From contig JBMNHB010000001.1 in NCBI GenBank assembly GCA_050950145.1, positions 428,820 through 492,819 on the forward strand: a stretch of DNA of 64,000 bases, given 5' to 3'. The DNA comes from Candidatus Dojkabacteria bacterium (GTDB taxonomy: Bacteria; Patescibacteriota; Dojkabacteria; SC72). The translations under genes were made by a program, and so were the position numbers. This document shows, piece by piece, positions 9,036 through 19,158 of this stretch. The notes beneath the pieces are model-generated. The model was not told the DNA's origin. It did no database searches and saw only the letters and a list, made by a program, of their open reading frames with translations. Numbering within the stretch: position 1 is the stretch's first letter; every line of letters starts with the position of its first letter.

Positions 9036-10946
9036 ATGTCAGAGAATATCAATGAACAAAACAACCTAAGAAACATCGCTATCATCGCACATGTAGACCA
9101 TGGCAAAACAACCTTGGTTGATGCCTTCATGAAGCAAACACACCTCTTTAGAGATAATCAAGAGGAGATGCAACAAACAAGAATACTAGACAAAGGAGAA
9201 CTAGAAAAAGAGAAAGGTATTACAATCAGTGCAAAGAACATCTCCATAGTATATAAAGGAGTAAAGATAAATATTATAGATACACCTGGACACTCCGACT
9301 TTGGTGGAGAGGTAGAAAGAACTCTTAATATGGCAGATAGTTGCCTTCTACTTGTAGATGCAAAAGAAGGAACTATGCCTCAAACAAAATTTGTTCTTAA
9401 AAAAGCACTTGAGCTAGGATTAAAGCCGGTAGTGATAATTAATAAGATAGATAGGAAGTTAGCTAACATTGAAAAAACAACATCTAAAATCAATGACCTC
9501 TTCCTTTCATTAGCTACTAAAGAAGAGCAACTAGACTTCCCAATATACTATGCTATCTCCAGAGAAGGAAAAGTCTTCAAAGAGATGCCAACTGGAGATT
9601 TAACAATACCAGAAACTACAAGTGGGGATCTAACTCCAATATTAGATGAGATAGTTACAAACCTTCCTGCACCAAGTGGAGATATTAACAAACCATTTCA
9701 GATGCAGATAACTAGTATTGAATATGATGAACATCTAGGAAGATACCTAATTGGTAAGATATCAAATGGGAAGGTAAAGGTAGGTGATCCAATTGTTCTT
9801 GTTTCTAACCAAGAAGATTTTGAAAAGAAACAAGGTAGAGTTAATGAGCTTTTTACTAAAGTTGGATTAGAATGGACTCCAATTCAAGAAGGAGGAGTAG
9901 GAGAGATTGTTGCAGTTACAGGTATTAACTCTACAGATATTGGTGCAACACTTTGTAGTGTTGATAATCCAGAGCCATTGCCTGATATTAAGATTACACC
10001 TCCAACAGTTAGAGTAAAGTTCTCTGCTAATACATCCCCATTTGTTGGAAAGGAAGGTAAGTTTGTTACTGCAAAACAACTACAACAGAGGTTAGACCAA
10101 GAAAAGAGATTGAATATTAGCTTGAAGATTGAGAGCAAGGGAGCAAATGCCCACTATGTTTCAGGGAGAGGAGAGTTACAACTTGCAATCTTGGTTGAAC
10201 AGTTAAGAAGAGAAGGATATGAGTTTGAATTAGGAAAACCAGAGGTAATCTTACAAAAGATTGACGGAGTAGAGTGTGAACCATTAGAGGAGTTAATTAT
10301 AGATGCCCCAGAAGAATACCTAAGTGCAATTACAGAAGAGGTTAGTGGAAGAAAAGGAAAGATGGTAAATATGGAAAATGAAGAGGGACAGAGTAGGTTT
10401 ACATACCATATCCTAACTAGAAATCTAATAGGTCTTCATAGGAACTTAATGACAGCAACAAAAGGAACTACCATTATTAACAGTGCTGTTTTAGAATATG
10501 TCCCTTATGAAAAAGGAGAAAACTTATACAGAAAAGGTGTAATCATATCATCAGAGACTGGAACAGCTCTTGCATATGCCCTTATGAGTGTTCAAGAGAG
10601 AGGTAGACTCTTCATTTCAGGTTCAACAAATGTATATGAAGGTATGATAATTGGTATTACTAATACAATGGAGGATGTAGAAGTAAATCCATGTAAAGAG
10701 AGACACAAAACAAATGTAAGAATGGCACATTCACAAGTCACAGAGATTGCTCTTAAAACACCAATCCTACTTACTATTGAATATGCACTGTCATTTATAA
10801 AGGATGATGAGTTGATAGAAGTAACACCTAAACATATACGACTTAGAAAGAAACTTCTTAAAAGCACAGAGAGAATATGGGCAAAGAGAAAGAATCTCAC
10901 CTTCTATGCAAAACAACAGCTTGAGAAACTGGAAGGCCAGGCCTAG
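9036..10946 (+). CDS. typA: Translational GTPase TypA/BipA.
   Basis: The N-terminus AIIAHVDHGKTTLVDAF carries G1 to G4 motifs (DTPGH, NKID). Length and domain order match BipA. Confidence 0.9.
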   Translation: MSENINEQNNLRNIAIIAHVDHGKTTLVDAFMKQTHLFRDNQEEMQQTRILDKGELEKEKGITISAKNISIVYKGVKINIIDTPGHSDFGGEVERTLNMADSCLLLVDAKEGTMPQTKFVLKKALELGLKPVVIINKIDRKLANIEKTTSKINDLFLSLATKEEQLDFPIYYAISREGKVFKEMPTGDLTIPETTSGDLTPILDEIVTNLPAPSGDINKPFQMQITSIEYDEHLGRYLIGKISNGKVKVGDPIVLVSNQEDFEKKQGRVNELFTKVGLEWTPIQEGGVGEIVAVTGINSTDIGATLCSVDNPEPLPDIKITPPTVRVKFSANTSPFVGKEGKFVTAKQLQQRLDQEKRLNISLKIESKGANAHYVSGRGELQLAILVEQLRREGYEFELGKPEVILQKIDGVECEPLEELIIDAPEEYLSAITEEVSGRKGKMVNMENEEGQSRFTYHILTRNLIGLHRNLMTATKGTTIINSAVLEYVPYEKGENLYRKGVIISSETGTALAYALMSVQERGRLFISGSTNVYEGMIIGITNTMEDVEVNPCKERHKTNVRMAHSQVTEIALKTPILLTIEYALSFIKDDELIEVTPKHIRLRKKLLKSTERIWAKRKNLTFYAKQQLEKLEGQA

Positions 10947-11136
10947 GCCTGCCCCTGATTCATAACTTTTTAATCTCACCAAAAGATTACCTACTACTAA
11001 GTAATTACCATATCCGATATCTCCCTAGACCAAAATTCCTACAAAATACAAGGGGTCTCTTTCCAGAAAGGCTCCTGTGGAAAGGGTTGGGAGATGATGA
11101 AATCTAGATTAACGTGGGGCAGACCTAGGTCAGACC
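10935..11136. repeat. About 202-bp miniature inverted-repeat (MITE/REP-pair-like) element, copy A.
   Basis: The left end GGCCAGGCCTAGGCCTGCCCC (10935..10955) overlaps the typA stop codon. The right end GGGGCAGACCTAGGTCAGACC (11116..11136) is its inverted counterpart. The same end motif flanks a 204-bp element at 43070..43273. Confidence 0.55.
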
Positions 11137-11205
11137 TTAAAGAAATTTGTATAAAAAAAAGAGAGGTATTTCTACCTCCCTTCCAATTTACAATGTACTT
11201 AGCTA

Positions 11206-11466
11206 TTAAAACTCTTTTTTCTCTTCTCTAGCCAATGAGACATTGACAGCTCTACCATCAATCTCTTGACCATTAAGAGCTTCCATTGCTTTCTGTGCTT
11301 CCTCTTCTGTGGACATTGTAACAAAGCCAAATCCCTTAGATCTGTTCTTCATTCTATCCATAATGACAACTGCTTCTTCAACAGTACCATGAGGAGCAAA
11401 TGCTTCCTTCAACTCTTCGTCTCTGACGTTCCAGCTGAGGTTGCCTACAAACAACTTTTTACCCAT
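11206..11466 (-). CDS. RRM-type RNA-binding protein (Rbp/glycine-rich RBP-like).
   Basis: RNP2 LFVGNL and RNP1 KGFGFVTM motifs; 86 aa. Confidence 0.85.
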   Translation of the reverse strand: MGKKLFVGNLSWNVRDEELKEAFAPHGTVEEAVVIMDRMKNRSKGFGFVTMSTEEEAQKAMEALNGQEIDGRAVNVSLAREEKKEF

Positions 11467-11615
11467 TTGTTTATAAATATAAAAAAATAAAATTCGCTAC
11501 ACCACAAAATATGGGAGATTACACTCTAAGCAGTCTATCACAGAAAGCTTCCATAGCTATTTATATTATACCACAAATCTTAGAGTCTAAGGAAGGGGTA
11601 TTGTATAATACAAGT

Positions 11616-12167
11616 ATGATACTAAAAAACCTTGTCATACACACATGTTGTGCAGATTGTCTTTTAAATGCTCTCTTAGATTTAAAGAGTAGGGGACTAA
11701 TTGATAAGGAAACGGAGATAACCTCCCTCTTTTACAATCCAAACATTCATCCAAGAACGGAATATTTAGAAAGATTAAATGCAGTAAAGAAGATATTTCC
11801 AGAACTAAAAGAGAAGTGGAATATTAAACTAGTTATTCCCAACTACTCACCAAAAGAATATTTAAGTAAAGTATTAGATAACAAGAAAAATAGATGTGCA
11901 ATCTGTTGGAACTTAAGATTAGAGAATCTATTCAACTATGCCAAGGAGAAGAAGATTAAGAATGTAACAACAACCTTACTTACTAGTCACTACCAAGAAA
12001 GAGATACTATTGTAAAAATAGCTAAAGATTTAAACAAGAAATACAATATCAATTTTATTGAAATTGATAATATTTCAAATAGAAAACATTCTGGTTTTTA
12101 CAAACAAAACTATTGTGGATGTTGCTTCTCATTAACTGAAAAGATGATATCATTTAGAAAGAATTAA
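11616..12167 (+). CDS. queH: Probable epoxyqueuosine reductase QueH (DUF208 family). The track ORF starts at 11511; the likely true start is the ATG at 11616.
   Basis: HTCCADC motif near the N-terminus, then YNPNIHP, CAICWN and NYCGCC cysteine motifs, as recalled for QueH. About 184 aa. Confidence 0.55.
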   Translation: MILKNLVIHTCCADCLLNALLDLKSRGLIDKETEITSLFYNPNIHPRTEYLERLNAVKKIFPELKEKWNIKLVIPNYSPKEYLSKVLDNKKNRCAICWNLRLENLFNYAKEKKIKNVTTTLLTSHYQERDTIVKIAKDLNKKYNINFIEIDNISNRKHSGFYKQNYCGCCFSLTEKMISFRKN

Positions 12168-12172
12168 AAAAT

Positions 12173-12301
12173 ATGAATACAAACTACATATTAATAATCT
12201 TACTATCCTTACCAATACTCCTTCTTGTACTATTTTTAATCTCAAAAATACTCCCAAAAGGTCAAGAAGATGATGAAACTAGAGAAGAGGATGAAGAGTA
12301 A
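12173..12301 (+). CDS. Possible small (42 aa) membrane protein with an acidic tail.
   Basis: MNTNYILIILLSLPILLLVLFLISKILPKGQEDDETREEDEE. One hydrophobic helix. No homology recognised. Confidence 0.25.
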   Translation: MNTNYILIILLSLPILLLVLFLISKILPKGQEDDETREEDEE

Positions 12302-12343
12302 GATTGTAAGAATTCTGTAAGAAGAAGCTGTATATATTAGAAC

Positions 12344-13015
12344 ATGAGAAGTAGGGATATTCTTATTATTGATGATTGTGCAAGCTTAGTCCATGTTCTC
12401 CAAAAGTTTTTTGAAAGTTTAAGTCTTACATCCGATTTTGCATATAATGGAAAGGAAGCATATAGAAAAATTAGAAACTATAGCTATTCCTTACTAATCT
12501 TAGATATAGGTTTGCCTGATATCAGTGGACACATACTACTAGAAAGAATTAGAGAAATATACGAAAAGAAACCAATTATAGTCATATCAAATGATGTTAG
12601 TATTAAAAATGAAATAGAGTCATACAGAAATGGAGCAAATATTTTTCATAAAAAACCTTTGGAATATGAACTTCTAGAAGTGCAAGTATTAAACTTTTTC
12701 TCTAAGAAATTCTATCCTAGAGCAATTCGTATAAAAGATTTAACACTCACAGAGGATAAGATAGTTACTAAAAAAGGAAAAGGAGAAATACATTTAACAA
12801 AAACAGAGTTCGGCCTTCTACTACTTCTTGCAAAAAACAGAGGTGTTATATTTAGTAGAGATAAAATTATCTCTATACTAGATGCATTAAATATAGATAA
12901 GAGTATTGGTTCTGTTGACACATTAGTATGTAGGCTAAGGAAAAAGTTAAATGCCTCAGATTGCAATAAATATATCGAAACTGTAGAGGGTTTAGGATAC
13001 AGAATACCCAAGTAA
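12344..13015 (+). CDS. OmpR/PhoB-family response regulator (receiver plus winged-helix domain). It is an orphan: no histidine kinase gene is adjacent.
   Basis: Receiver residues LIIDD ... LLILDIGLPD ... K. The C-terminal trans_reg_C-like part reads LTKTEFGLLLLL ... VDTLVCRLRKKL ... VEGLGYRI. Confidence 0.8.
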   Translation: MRSRDILIIDDCASLVHVLQKFFESLSLTSDFAYNGKEAYRKIRNYSYSLLILDIGLPDISGHILLERIREIYEKKPIIVISNDVSIKNEIESYRNGANIFHKKPLEYELLEVQVLNFFSKKFYPRAIRIKDLTLTEDKIVTKKGKGEIHLTKTEFGLLLLLAKNRGVIFSRDKIISILDALNIDKSIGSVDTLVCRLRKKLNASDCNKYIETVEGLGYRIPK

Positions 13016-13219
13016 CTTACAAAGTTTTTTCTCTACAATTTTAATATTGGATAAAAGATGCTTGTCTAATACCTTTGCTTCTTCTTTAGATAGCTTTACT
13101 CTCTTTTTAATGATATGACAACCTCTAATAACACTTACAGGAGTTGCAACATCAGATAGAAAATTTTTCATTATTATATTTTTACAAACCAACCTTACAA
13201 AATTCTTACAAAACTAATT

Positions 13220-13708
13220 ATGGTATACTTAATCATGGCAAAAGTTTTAAGAATACTTACAATTGAAGATAAAAAGGATGAAGAGATCTTAAGAAAAAAG
13301 AGCTTACCTGTAAAAGAGGAAGAGTTTAATACTAAAGAATTTAATGAATTTCTAAATAATCTTCTTGAAACAGCAAAACAGAGTAGTGAACCTGCAGGTG
13401 GTATTGCAGCAAATCAAGTAGGAGTAAACAAAAATGTATTCTACCTTCTTAACTACGATACTAATATCTGGGAGCTTTTTATAAATCCAATTGTAGAACC
13501 TGATGGCTTTACAAAAATGAGTATAGAAGAATCATGCTTAAGCGTTCCCAACAGAGAAGAGAAGGTTTTAAGATACAAAAAGATTAAAATTACATATCAA
13601 GATAGGGAAGGAAACAAACAAGTAAAAAAATATAGTGACTTAAATGCTATTACAATACAGCATGAGAAGGACCACCTTGATGGAATTTTATTTATAGATA
13701 GAATATAA
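13220..13708 (+). CDS. def: Peptide deformylase.
   Basis: All three motifs are present: GIAANQVG, ESCLSVP (EGCLS) and QHEKDHLDG (HExxH). Confidence 0.85.
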   Translation: MVYLIMAKVLRILTIEDKKDEEILRKKSLPVKEEEFNTKEFNEFLNNLLETAKQSSEPAGGIAANQVGVNKNVFYLLNYDTNIWELFINPIVEPDGFTKMSIEESCLSVPNREEKVLRYKKIKITYQDREGNKQVKKYSDLNAITIQHEKDHLDGILFIDRI

Positions 13709-13736
13709 CTTAGTTAACTTTATTAATCTGCCAAAA

Positions 13737-14822
13737 ATGAAATTAAGAACAATTACAATATCCCTTCTTATATTACTAATACTCACTCCTATGCAAGTAT
13801 TTGCCCAAGAAGAAGAGAAAAAAACTACCGATCCACTACAGCAACAACTTAATTTAGATATACCAAAAATCACTGATAATCCAAGTCTAATAATAAATTT
13901 CAATGATCCTTCAAAAGAGAAACAAGGAGTACAGTTAAGTGTTGACAAAAAAGGATTTGAAACAATTACAAGTCCCCACACTCTACCTGCATTAAGTATT
14001 GGAGATCACCTTTTAACTTTCAAGTTTACTGATGAATACGATGTAACACAAAGTATTGATAAAGAACTAATTGTAATTCCAAGAGCACCAGTACTTAATA
14101 CTCCACTAATACAACAAAATGAGATAACATTCTCTGGAACAGCACTAGCTGGTTCAGAAGTTACCATTATTATCAACTCTAACCAAAAAATGGTTACAAA
14201 ACTAGTTGAGGTAGATAATGATGGTGTATGGAATGTAAAATTAGATGAAAATCTTCCATCAGGCTTGTATACTTTCTCTGGTTTAACAAAAAAATATGGA
14301 TATGCAAGTGATTTAGCAGAACCAATAACACTAGATATCGACAGTAAAGGCTCAAAAGAAGTAATAACAACAACTACAACACCGATACACTTTGCTTTTA
14401 AAGACATGGACAGTGATAATATTCAAACATTAACAAATACAAATATTGATTTACTTGTTCTCTCTGTTGGACTTCTTTCAATAGGTTTGCTACTTGGTAT
14501 ATTATTCTCTTCTCTCTCTAAAAAGAAAAAAGAGGAGAAAGTGGTTAAAGAAGTTGCTAAAACTTTAGATAAGCCAATAGATGAAAAAGAGAAACCTATG
14601 ACATTACTTGAGAAGTTAAAAGAGAAAACTGTAAATATTGAAAACCCCATTCCAGAAAAGAATTCAAAAGAGGAAAAAACAAAAGAAGAGAAACCTGAGG
14701 AACCAAAAGAAAAGATTGTTACAAAAGTAGATTTCCTGAAGGGATTTAAAGAACACGACCCTGATGATGATAAGGGAAAAGAAAAGAAGGATTTGAAGAT
14801 ATCGCTTACTTCAAAAAAGTAA
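13737..14822 (+). CDS. Secreted, membrane-anchored hypothetical protein (signal peptide, Ig-like region, TM helix, Lys/Glu-rich tail).
   Basis: Signal peptide MKLRTITISLLILLILTPMQVFAQ. TM segment LLVLSVGLLSIGLLLGILF. The tail is K/E-rich. Confidence 0.55.
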   Translation: MKLRTITISLLILLILTPMQVFAQEEEKKTTDPLQQQLNLDIPKITDNPSLIINFNDPSKEKQGVQLSVDKKGFETITSPHTLPALSIGDHLLTFKFTDEYDVTQSIDKELIVIPRAPVLNTPLIQQNEITFSGTALAGSEVTIIINSNQKMVTKLVEVDNDGVWNVKLDENLPSGLYTFSGLTKKYGYASDLAEPITLDIDSKGSKEVITTTTTPIHFAFKDMDSDNIQTLTNTNIDLLVLSVGLLSIGLLLGILFSSLSKKKKEEKVVKEVAKTLDKPIDEKEKPMTLLEKLKEKTVNIENPIPEKNSKEEKTKEEKPEEPKEKIVTKVDFLKGFKEHDPDDDKGKEKKDLKISLTSKK

Positions 14823-14823
14823 A

Positions 14824-14906
14824 GCCAGGGTGGTGAAATGGCAGACACGCTACGTTCAGAACGTAGTCCTAGAAATAGGGTGGGGGTTCAACTCCCCCCT
14901 CTGGCA
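14824..14906 (+). tRNA. tRNA-Leu (anticodon CAG), class II with a long variable arm.
   Basis: Acceptor GCCAGGG/CTCTGGC. Anticodon stem-loop CTACG-TTCAGAA-CGTAG. T-arm GGGGG-TTCAACT-CCCCC. Discriminator A. 83 nt. Confidence 0.8.
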
Positions 14907-14912
14907 TATGAA

Positions 14913-16688
14913 TTATTTCCAATACCACTCTTCTATATTATGAAATCTTTCATAGGAATGAGAAACTGAATCAAGGTCTATACCAACTAAGTTGTCCCTA
15001 GTAATATATTCATATATAGGATTGTAGAGGAATATCGCTGGTGCATCAGCCATTAAATATTTCTGAAACAGGTGGTATTTCTGCTTTCGTATCTCTTTAT
15101 CCATAGTCTGCCTTCCTTCCTCAAGCAAAATATCTACCCTTCCATAATTGTATCCTGAAAGATTTAAATCTGGGAAATTCGCTTTTAATGAATGCCATAA
15201 GTTATACTGATCTGGATCCACACTAGTCTCTATTTCATACAACAAAAGTTCAAAATCCCTTGTTGAAATAACCTCTTGTGTTATCTGTGTGTAATCTAAC
15301 CTCTCTATCTTTAAAAACACCCCTTCTTCCTTATAATAATCAGCAAGAAGCGTAACTAATCTCTCATTAGACGGGGTTGATAGATAACTAATAGTAAATG
15401 TTAAAATCTCTCCCTGCTGATTTTCAAAATAACCACTATTAGGATTCTTCTTGTAACCAAGTTTTTCAAGCTTCTCAGTCGCTTTAGTAGGATCATATTT
15501 AAGGTAATCAACATCCTTATTATACGCCCAAGATGTTTCAGGTAATGGACCGTTTAGAACTCTACCTCCAACACCATACTCATCAATTAACTTCTCCTTA
15601 TTCAGTAAAAGCGTAAGTATAATCCTGATTTCTTTATCCTTTAATGAATCCTTCCTTGTATTAAAGAATATTAATTTCTCTCTGTCCTCTATAACCAGAT
15701 CATTTCTGACAAAACTATCATATTCTTCAATATAAGAAGTTATCATTCTATCCCAGGAGCCAATTGCATCCAAATTACCAGCTCTAAAAGCCATCTCTAA
15801 AGAATCCCAGTCAGGATACATCTTAAAAACAATATTCTTAATATGAGGTTCATATTTATCATAAGGATTATCAATTAAATATATAGAAGAACTATCCATT
15901 TTTACAAAACTATACTTTCCACTTCCAATCGGACTCTTTGTAAAAACATCAAAAGCCATCTTACTAATTTCAACTTCTTCTAAGTATTTACGAGGAACTA
16001 TATAAATGGACAGTGCTCTAAAAATAACAGGATTCTTCTCTTTAACTCTAAATTGAACAGTATTTTCATCCAGTTTAGTGACTTCCATATCTACAAAAGC
16101 AATACCAACAGAGTCAAAACCCGCTTCTTTAGAAAGTTTTATCGCTGTATCAAATGTAAATACCACATCATCAACAGTAACTTCACTGCCATCATGCCAA
16201 AAATGTCCCTCATCTATTTTAAATTCATAAACCAAACCATCTTCCTTACTCTCCCAATTCTTAGCAATACCAGGTGTAGCATTACCATCACTATCAATAT
16301 TAATAAATTTTTCAAAGATGAGACTATCTATAGATCTCTCAATATAGTTATTTGTTACATACAAAGGATTAAGAGAGTTAACTGTACCTACAACACCACC
16401 AACGAGAGAATCTTTCTTCTGATTACCCCTAACAATCTTTGTAAAAGTAACTGAATTTAAAAAGAGAATAATCAAGAGAGAAATCAAGCCAAAGACTAGA
16501 ATATAACTAATAGGAATAAGTTTCTTAAAAGAATTTACTAAAAACTCAGGATAATTCCAAAAAATATCCCTAAAATCAAAAGGTTTCTTTTCACTAACAG
16601 GAGAAGCCTTTACACTTAATTCCTCAAGGACGACTTTCATTAAAGAATCCTCTTTAGTGAGAACTTTAGCTTTTTTTGTTTTCTTCAT
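14913..16688 (-). CDS. Membrane-anchored family-5 (OppA/DppA-like) solute-binding protein.
   Basis: 591 aa. The N-terminal TM anchor is followed by a region whose size and composition fit SBP_bac_5 (recognition by general similarity only). Confidence 0.55.
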   Translation of the reverse strand: MKKTKKAKVLTKEDSLMKVVLEELSVKASPVSEKKPFDFRDIFWNYPEFLVNSFKKLIPISYILVFGLISLLIILFLNSVTFTKIVRGNQKKDSLVGGVVGTVNSLNPLYVTNNYIERSIDSLIFEKFINIDSDGNATPGIAKNWESKEDGLVYEFKIDEGHFWHDGSEVTVDDVVFTFDTAIKLSKEAGFDSVGIAFVDMEVTKLDENTVQFRVKEKNPVIFRALSIYIVPRKYLEEVEISKMAFDVFTKSPIGSGKYSFVKMDSSSIYLIDNPYDKYEPHIKNIVFKMYPDWDSLEMAFRAGNLDAIGSWDRMITSYIEEYDSFVRNDLVIEDREKLIFFNTRKDSLKDKEIRIILTLLLNKEKLIDEYGVGGRVLNGPLPETSWAYNKDVDYLKYDPTKATEKLEKLGYKKNPNSGYFENQQGEILTFTISYLSTPSNERLVTLLADYYKEEGVFLKIERLDYTQITQEVISTRDFELLLYEIETSVDPDQYNLWHSLKANFPDLNLSGYNYGRVDILLEEGRQTMDKEIRKQKYHLFQKYLMADAPAIFLYNPIYEYITRDNLVGIDLDSVSHSYERFHNIEEWYWK

Positions 16689-16696
16689 AAGACTAC

Positions 16697-16927
16697 TTAC
16701 TTAGAAGATAGTTTTAAAATAAATAGGGATAAGACAATCACTACTACAATTAATGCAATAGTAAAGTAGTAGAGGAACTTTTCTAAACCTCTTTTGGTTC
16801 TGAAAATCTCACCACCTCCACCAAACATTTGCCCTAATCCCTCAGCTCTATTTTGTAAGAGAATACTCACAACTAGTAAAGCACAAACTACTATCTGTGA
16901 TATTAATAATATTTTTGTAGTATCCAT
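16697..16927 (-). CDS. secG: Preprotein translocase subunit SecG.
   Basis: 76 aa with two TM helices and the LLQ...G.G..FGGGG...F..RG motif (ILLQNRAEGLGQMFGGGGEIFRTKRG). Confidence 0.65.
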   Translation of the reverse strand: MDTTKILLISQIVVCALLVVSILLQNRAEGLGQMFGGGGEIFRTKRGLEKFLYYFTIALIVVVIVLSLFILKLSSK

Positions 16928-16955
16928 AGATGGCTATTATACACTAAAAACAAAG

Positions 16956-17366
16956 TTATTGCTTCCTATCAAGCTCTTTATATATCGCAGTAACAAAAGA
17001 TGTAAGGAAAGAAACAACAATAATTGAAATAATAGGAGTTACTGTAAATTCATTAATCTGTAATGTTCCTAATTTTAATTCACTAAATAAAAACTCCTCT
17101 ATTGCGAAATCAACCATAAACATCTTTAAAATATAAAGAGTTCCACTAAGAACGATGGTTCCCATTAAAACATAGGTTATGAAATTACACTTAACTGTTA
17201 GAAAATTAAGAAAAGGACATACAACTAACAAAACAAGACCAACAATTAATAAGATAATGAACAGATATAAAAATGATACGGGAAGATGGATTGCTTCATT
17301 AAACAGACTAGCAAAAAAATGAAAGACAAGCATTCCAACTAAAGCTAACTTAACACCTTCTTTCAT
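16956..17366 (-). CDS. Hypothetical integral membrane protein (4 predicted TM helices).
   Basis: Hydrophobic 136-aa ORF. No recognisable motif. Confidence 0.45.
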   Translation of the reverse strand: MKEGVKLALVGMLVFHFFASLFNEAIHLPVSFLYLFIILLIVGLVLLVVCPFLNFLTVKCNFITYVLMGTIVLSGTLYILKMFMVDFAIEEFLFSELKLGTLQINEFTVTPIISIIVVSFLTSFVTAIYKELDRKQ

Positions 17367-17437
17367 AGACAGTTTTAATAAATCTTAACTACTAAAGAGG
17401 ATACAATGTTTTAACAAAAATTACAAAATCATATAGA

Positions 17438-18874
17438 ATGTTGTATACTAGAATACAATTTACTGCCCAAATGAATAGAATCGCAAAAACAAAAATAATC
17501 GCTACTATTGGCCCATCTACATGGGATAATCAAGTGTTAAGAAAAATGTTTGAATCAGGAATGCTACTTGCAAGAATCAATTCTTCATTTGCAGATTTTG
17601 CTGAGTTAGATAGAGTTTCAAAACAGATAAGGAATATCTCGCCCAGGATTGCAACTGTTTTAGATACTCAAGGTACTAAAATTCGAGTTACAGGTTTACA
17701 AAAAGATACGGAGATAAAAGAAACAGTAACACTTACATCAGCCAATACTCCAAACCCCAATATTATAAAAATAACATATCCTACACTACATAAAGATGTT
17801 ACTGTAGGAACAAAGATTCTTCTAGATGATGGGAACATCCAGTTAGTTGTTAGAGAGATAAAAGGGGAAAGTGTGGTATGTGATGTAATTCAGGAAGGTA
17901 TTCTTAAACCAAATAAGACTGTTAATATTCCTGATATCAATCTCCATTTTCCAGCACTTACAGATAAAGATAGACAAGATATAGAATATGCAAAAGAATT
18001 AGATTTTGACTTTGTTTGTGCTTCTTTTGCAAGAAATAGAGAAGACATTATTACAGTAAAAAAGATTTTAAAAGGAAGTAATGTAAAAGTAATTGCAAAG
18101 ATTGAAAATAGACAAGGAGTAGAGAATTTTGACGAGATTCTTGATGAGAGTGATGCAATTATGATTGCAAGAGGAGATATGGGGGTGGAGTTAGACTTAG
18201 AAGAAGTTCCTATTTTACAGAAACAGATGATTTTTAAATGTAGAATGGTTGGAAAACCAGTGATTGTAGCAACACAGATGCTTGAATCTATGAAAACTAA
18301 TAAACGACCAACAAGAGCAGAGGTCTCAGATGTTGCAAATGCAGTAATGGATGGTGCTGATTGTGTTATGCTTTCAGCAGAGACATCTACAGGAAAATAT
18401 CCTGTAGAAGCTGTGAAAATGATGAACAGAATAGCTCTAAGAACAGAAGAAATCATGAAATTATCACCTGTTCATGGAGAGACTGAAGCAGGAAAAGAGG
18501 TAGATGAATTTGGATTAACAGCATGTAAGTTTTCACAAGAGATTCATTACAATGCGATTCTAATTATCTCAGATATTAAAAGTGTAGTAGGTAGTGTTAG
18601 TAGACATAGACCAACTGTACCTATTTTTGTAGTAAGTTCTTCTATAGAGAATATCAGGCAAAATGCAATATATAGAGGCGTAAAAACACACTATATAAAA
18701 GAGTTATCTGATGACAGAGATAGAAATATTTTCTTAGCTGTAGAAAAGATTTATGGCAGTGGGGAGTTGGATTTATTGGATAAAATTGCTATTATTAGCG
18801 GTAGCTCAATCAAAAACAAAGAAACAGATAGTATATTAGAGATTGTTACCGTTAAAGATATACTAAATTCCTAG
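17438..18874 (+). CDS. pyk: Pyruvate kinase. The true start is probably the ATG at 17471.
   Basis: KTKIIATIGPST N-terminus. Motifs MIARGDMGVE and MLSAETSTGKYP. About 470 aa. Confidence 0.9.
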   Translation: MLYTRIQFTAQMNRIAKTKIIATIGPSTWDNQVLRKMFESGMLLARINSSFADFAELDRVSKQIRNISPRIATVLDTQGTKIRVTGLQKDTEIKETVTLTSANTPNPNIIKITYPTLHKDVTVGTKILLDDGNIQLVVREIKGESVVCDVIQEGILKPNKTVNIPDINLHFPALTDKDRQDIEYAKELDFDFVCASFARNREDIITVKKILKGSNVKVIAKIENRQGVENFDEILDESDAIMIARGDMGVELDLEEVPILQKQMIFKCRMVGKPVIVATQMLESMKTNKRPTRAEVSDVANAVMDGADCVMLSAETSTGKYPVEAVKMMNRIALRTEEIMKLSPVHGETEAGKEVDEFGLTACKFSQEIHYNAILIISDIKSVVGSVSRHRPTVPIFVVSSSIENIRQNAIYRGVKTHYIKELSDDRDRNIFLAVEKIYGSGELDLLDKIAIISGSSIKNKETDSILEIVTVKDILNS

Positions 18875-18947
18875 GGTGACGTAGCCAAGTTGGTTAAGGC
18901 CGCGGTCTGCAAAACCGCTACCACGGGTTCGAGTCCCGTCGTCACCT
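18875..18947 (+). tRNA. tRNA-Cys (anticodon GCA).
   Basis: Acceptor GGTGACG/CGTCACC. Anticodon arm GCGGT-CTGCAAA-ACCGC. T-arm ACGGG-TTCGAGT-CCCGT. It begins directly after the pyk stop codon. Confidence 0.8.
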
Positions 18948-18992
18948 CATTTTCAAAATCACTTATATTTGATAAAATACATATATTACTAA

Positions 18993-19076
18993 GCAGGAAT
19001 GGCGGAATAGGCAGACGCGCGGGACTTAAAATCCCGTTCTAGAAATAGAGTGAGAGTTCGATTCTCTCTTCCTGCA
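18993..19076 (+). tRNA. tRNA-Leu (anticodon TAA), class II with a long variable arm.
   Basis: Acceptor GCAGGAA/TTCCTGC. Anticodon arm CGGGA-CTTAAAA-TCCCG. T-arm GAGAG-TTCGATT-CTCTC. Confidence 0.8.
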
Positions 19077-19158
19077 TATCTTACCAATATCCAAACAAGG
19101 TGTTCGAAATATTCATTATCTGATAAAATAGGCATCTAAAAATCAACTAATAATAAAA

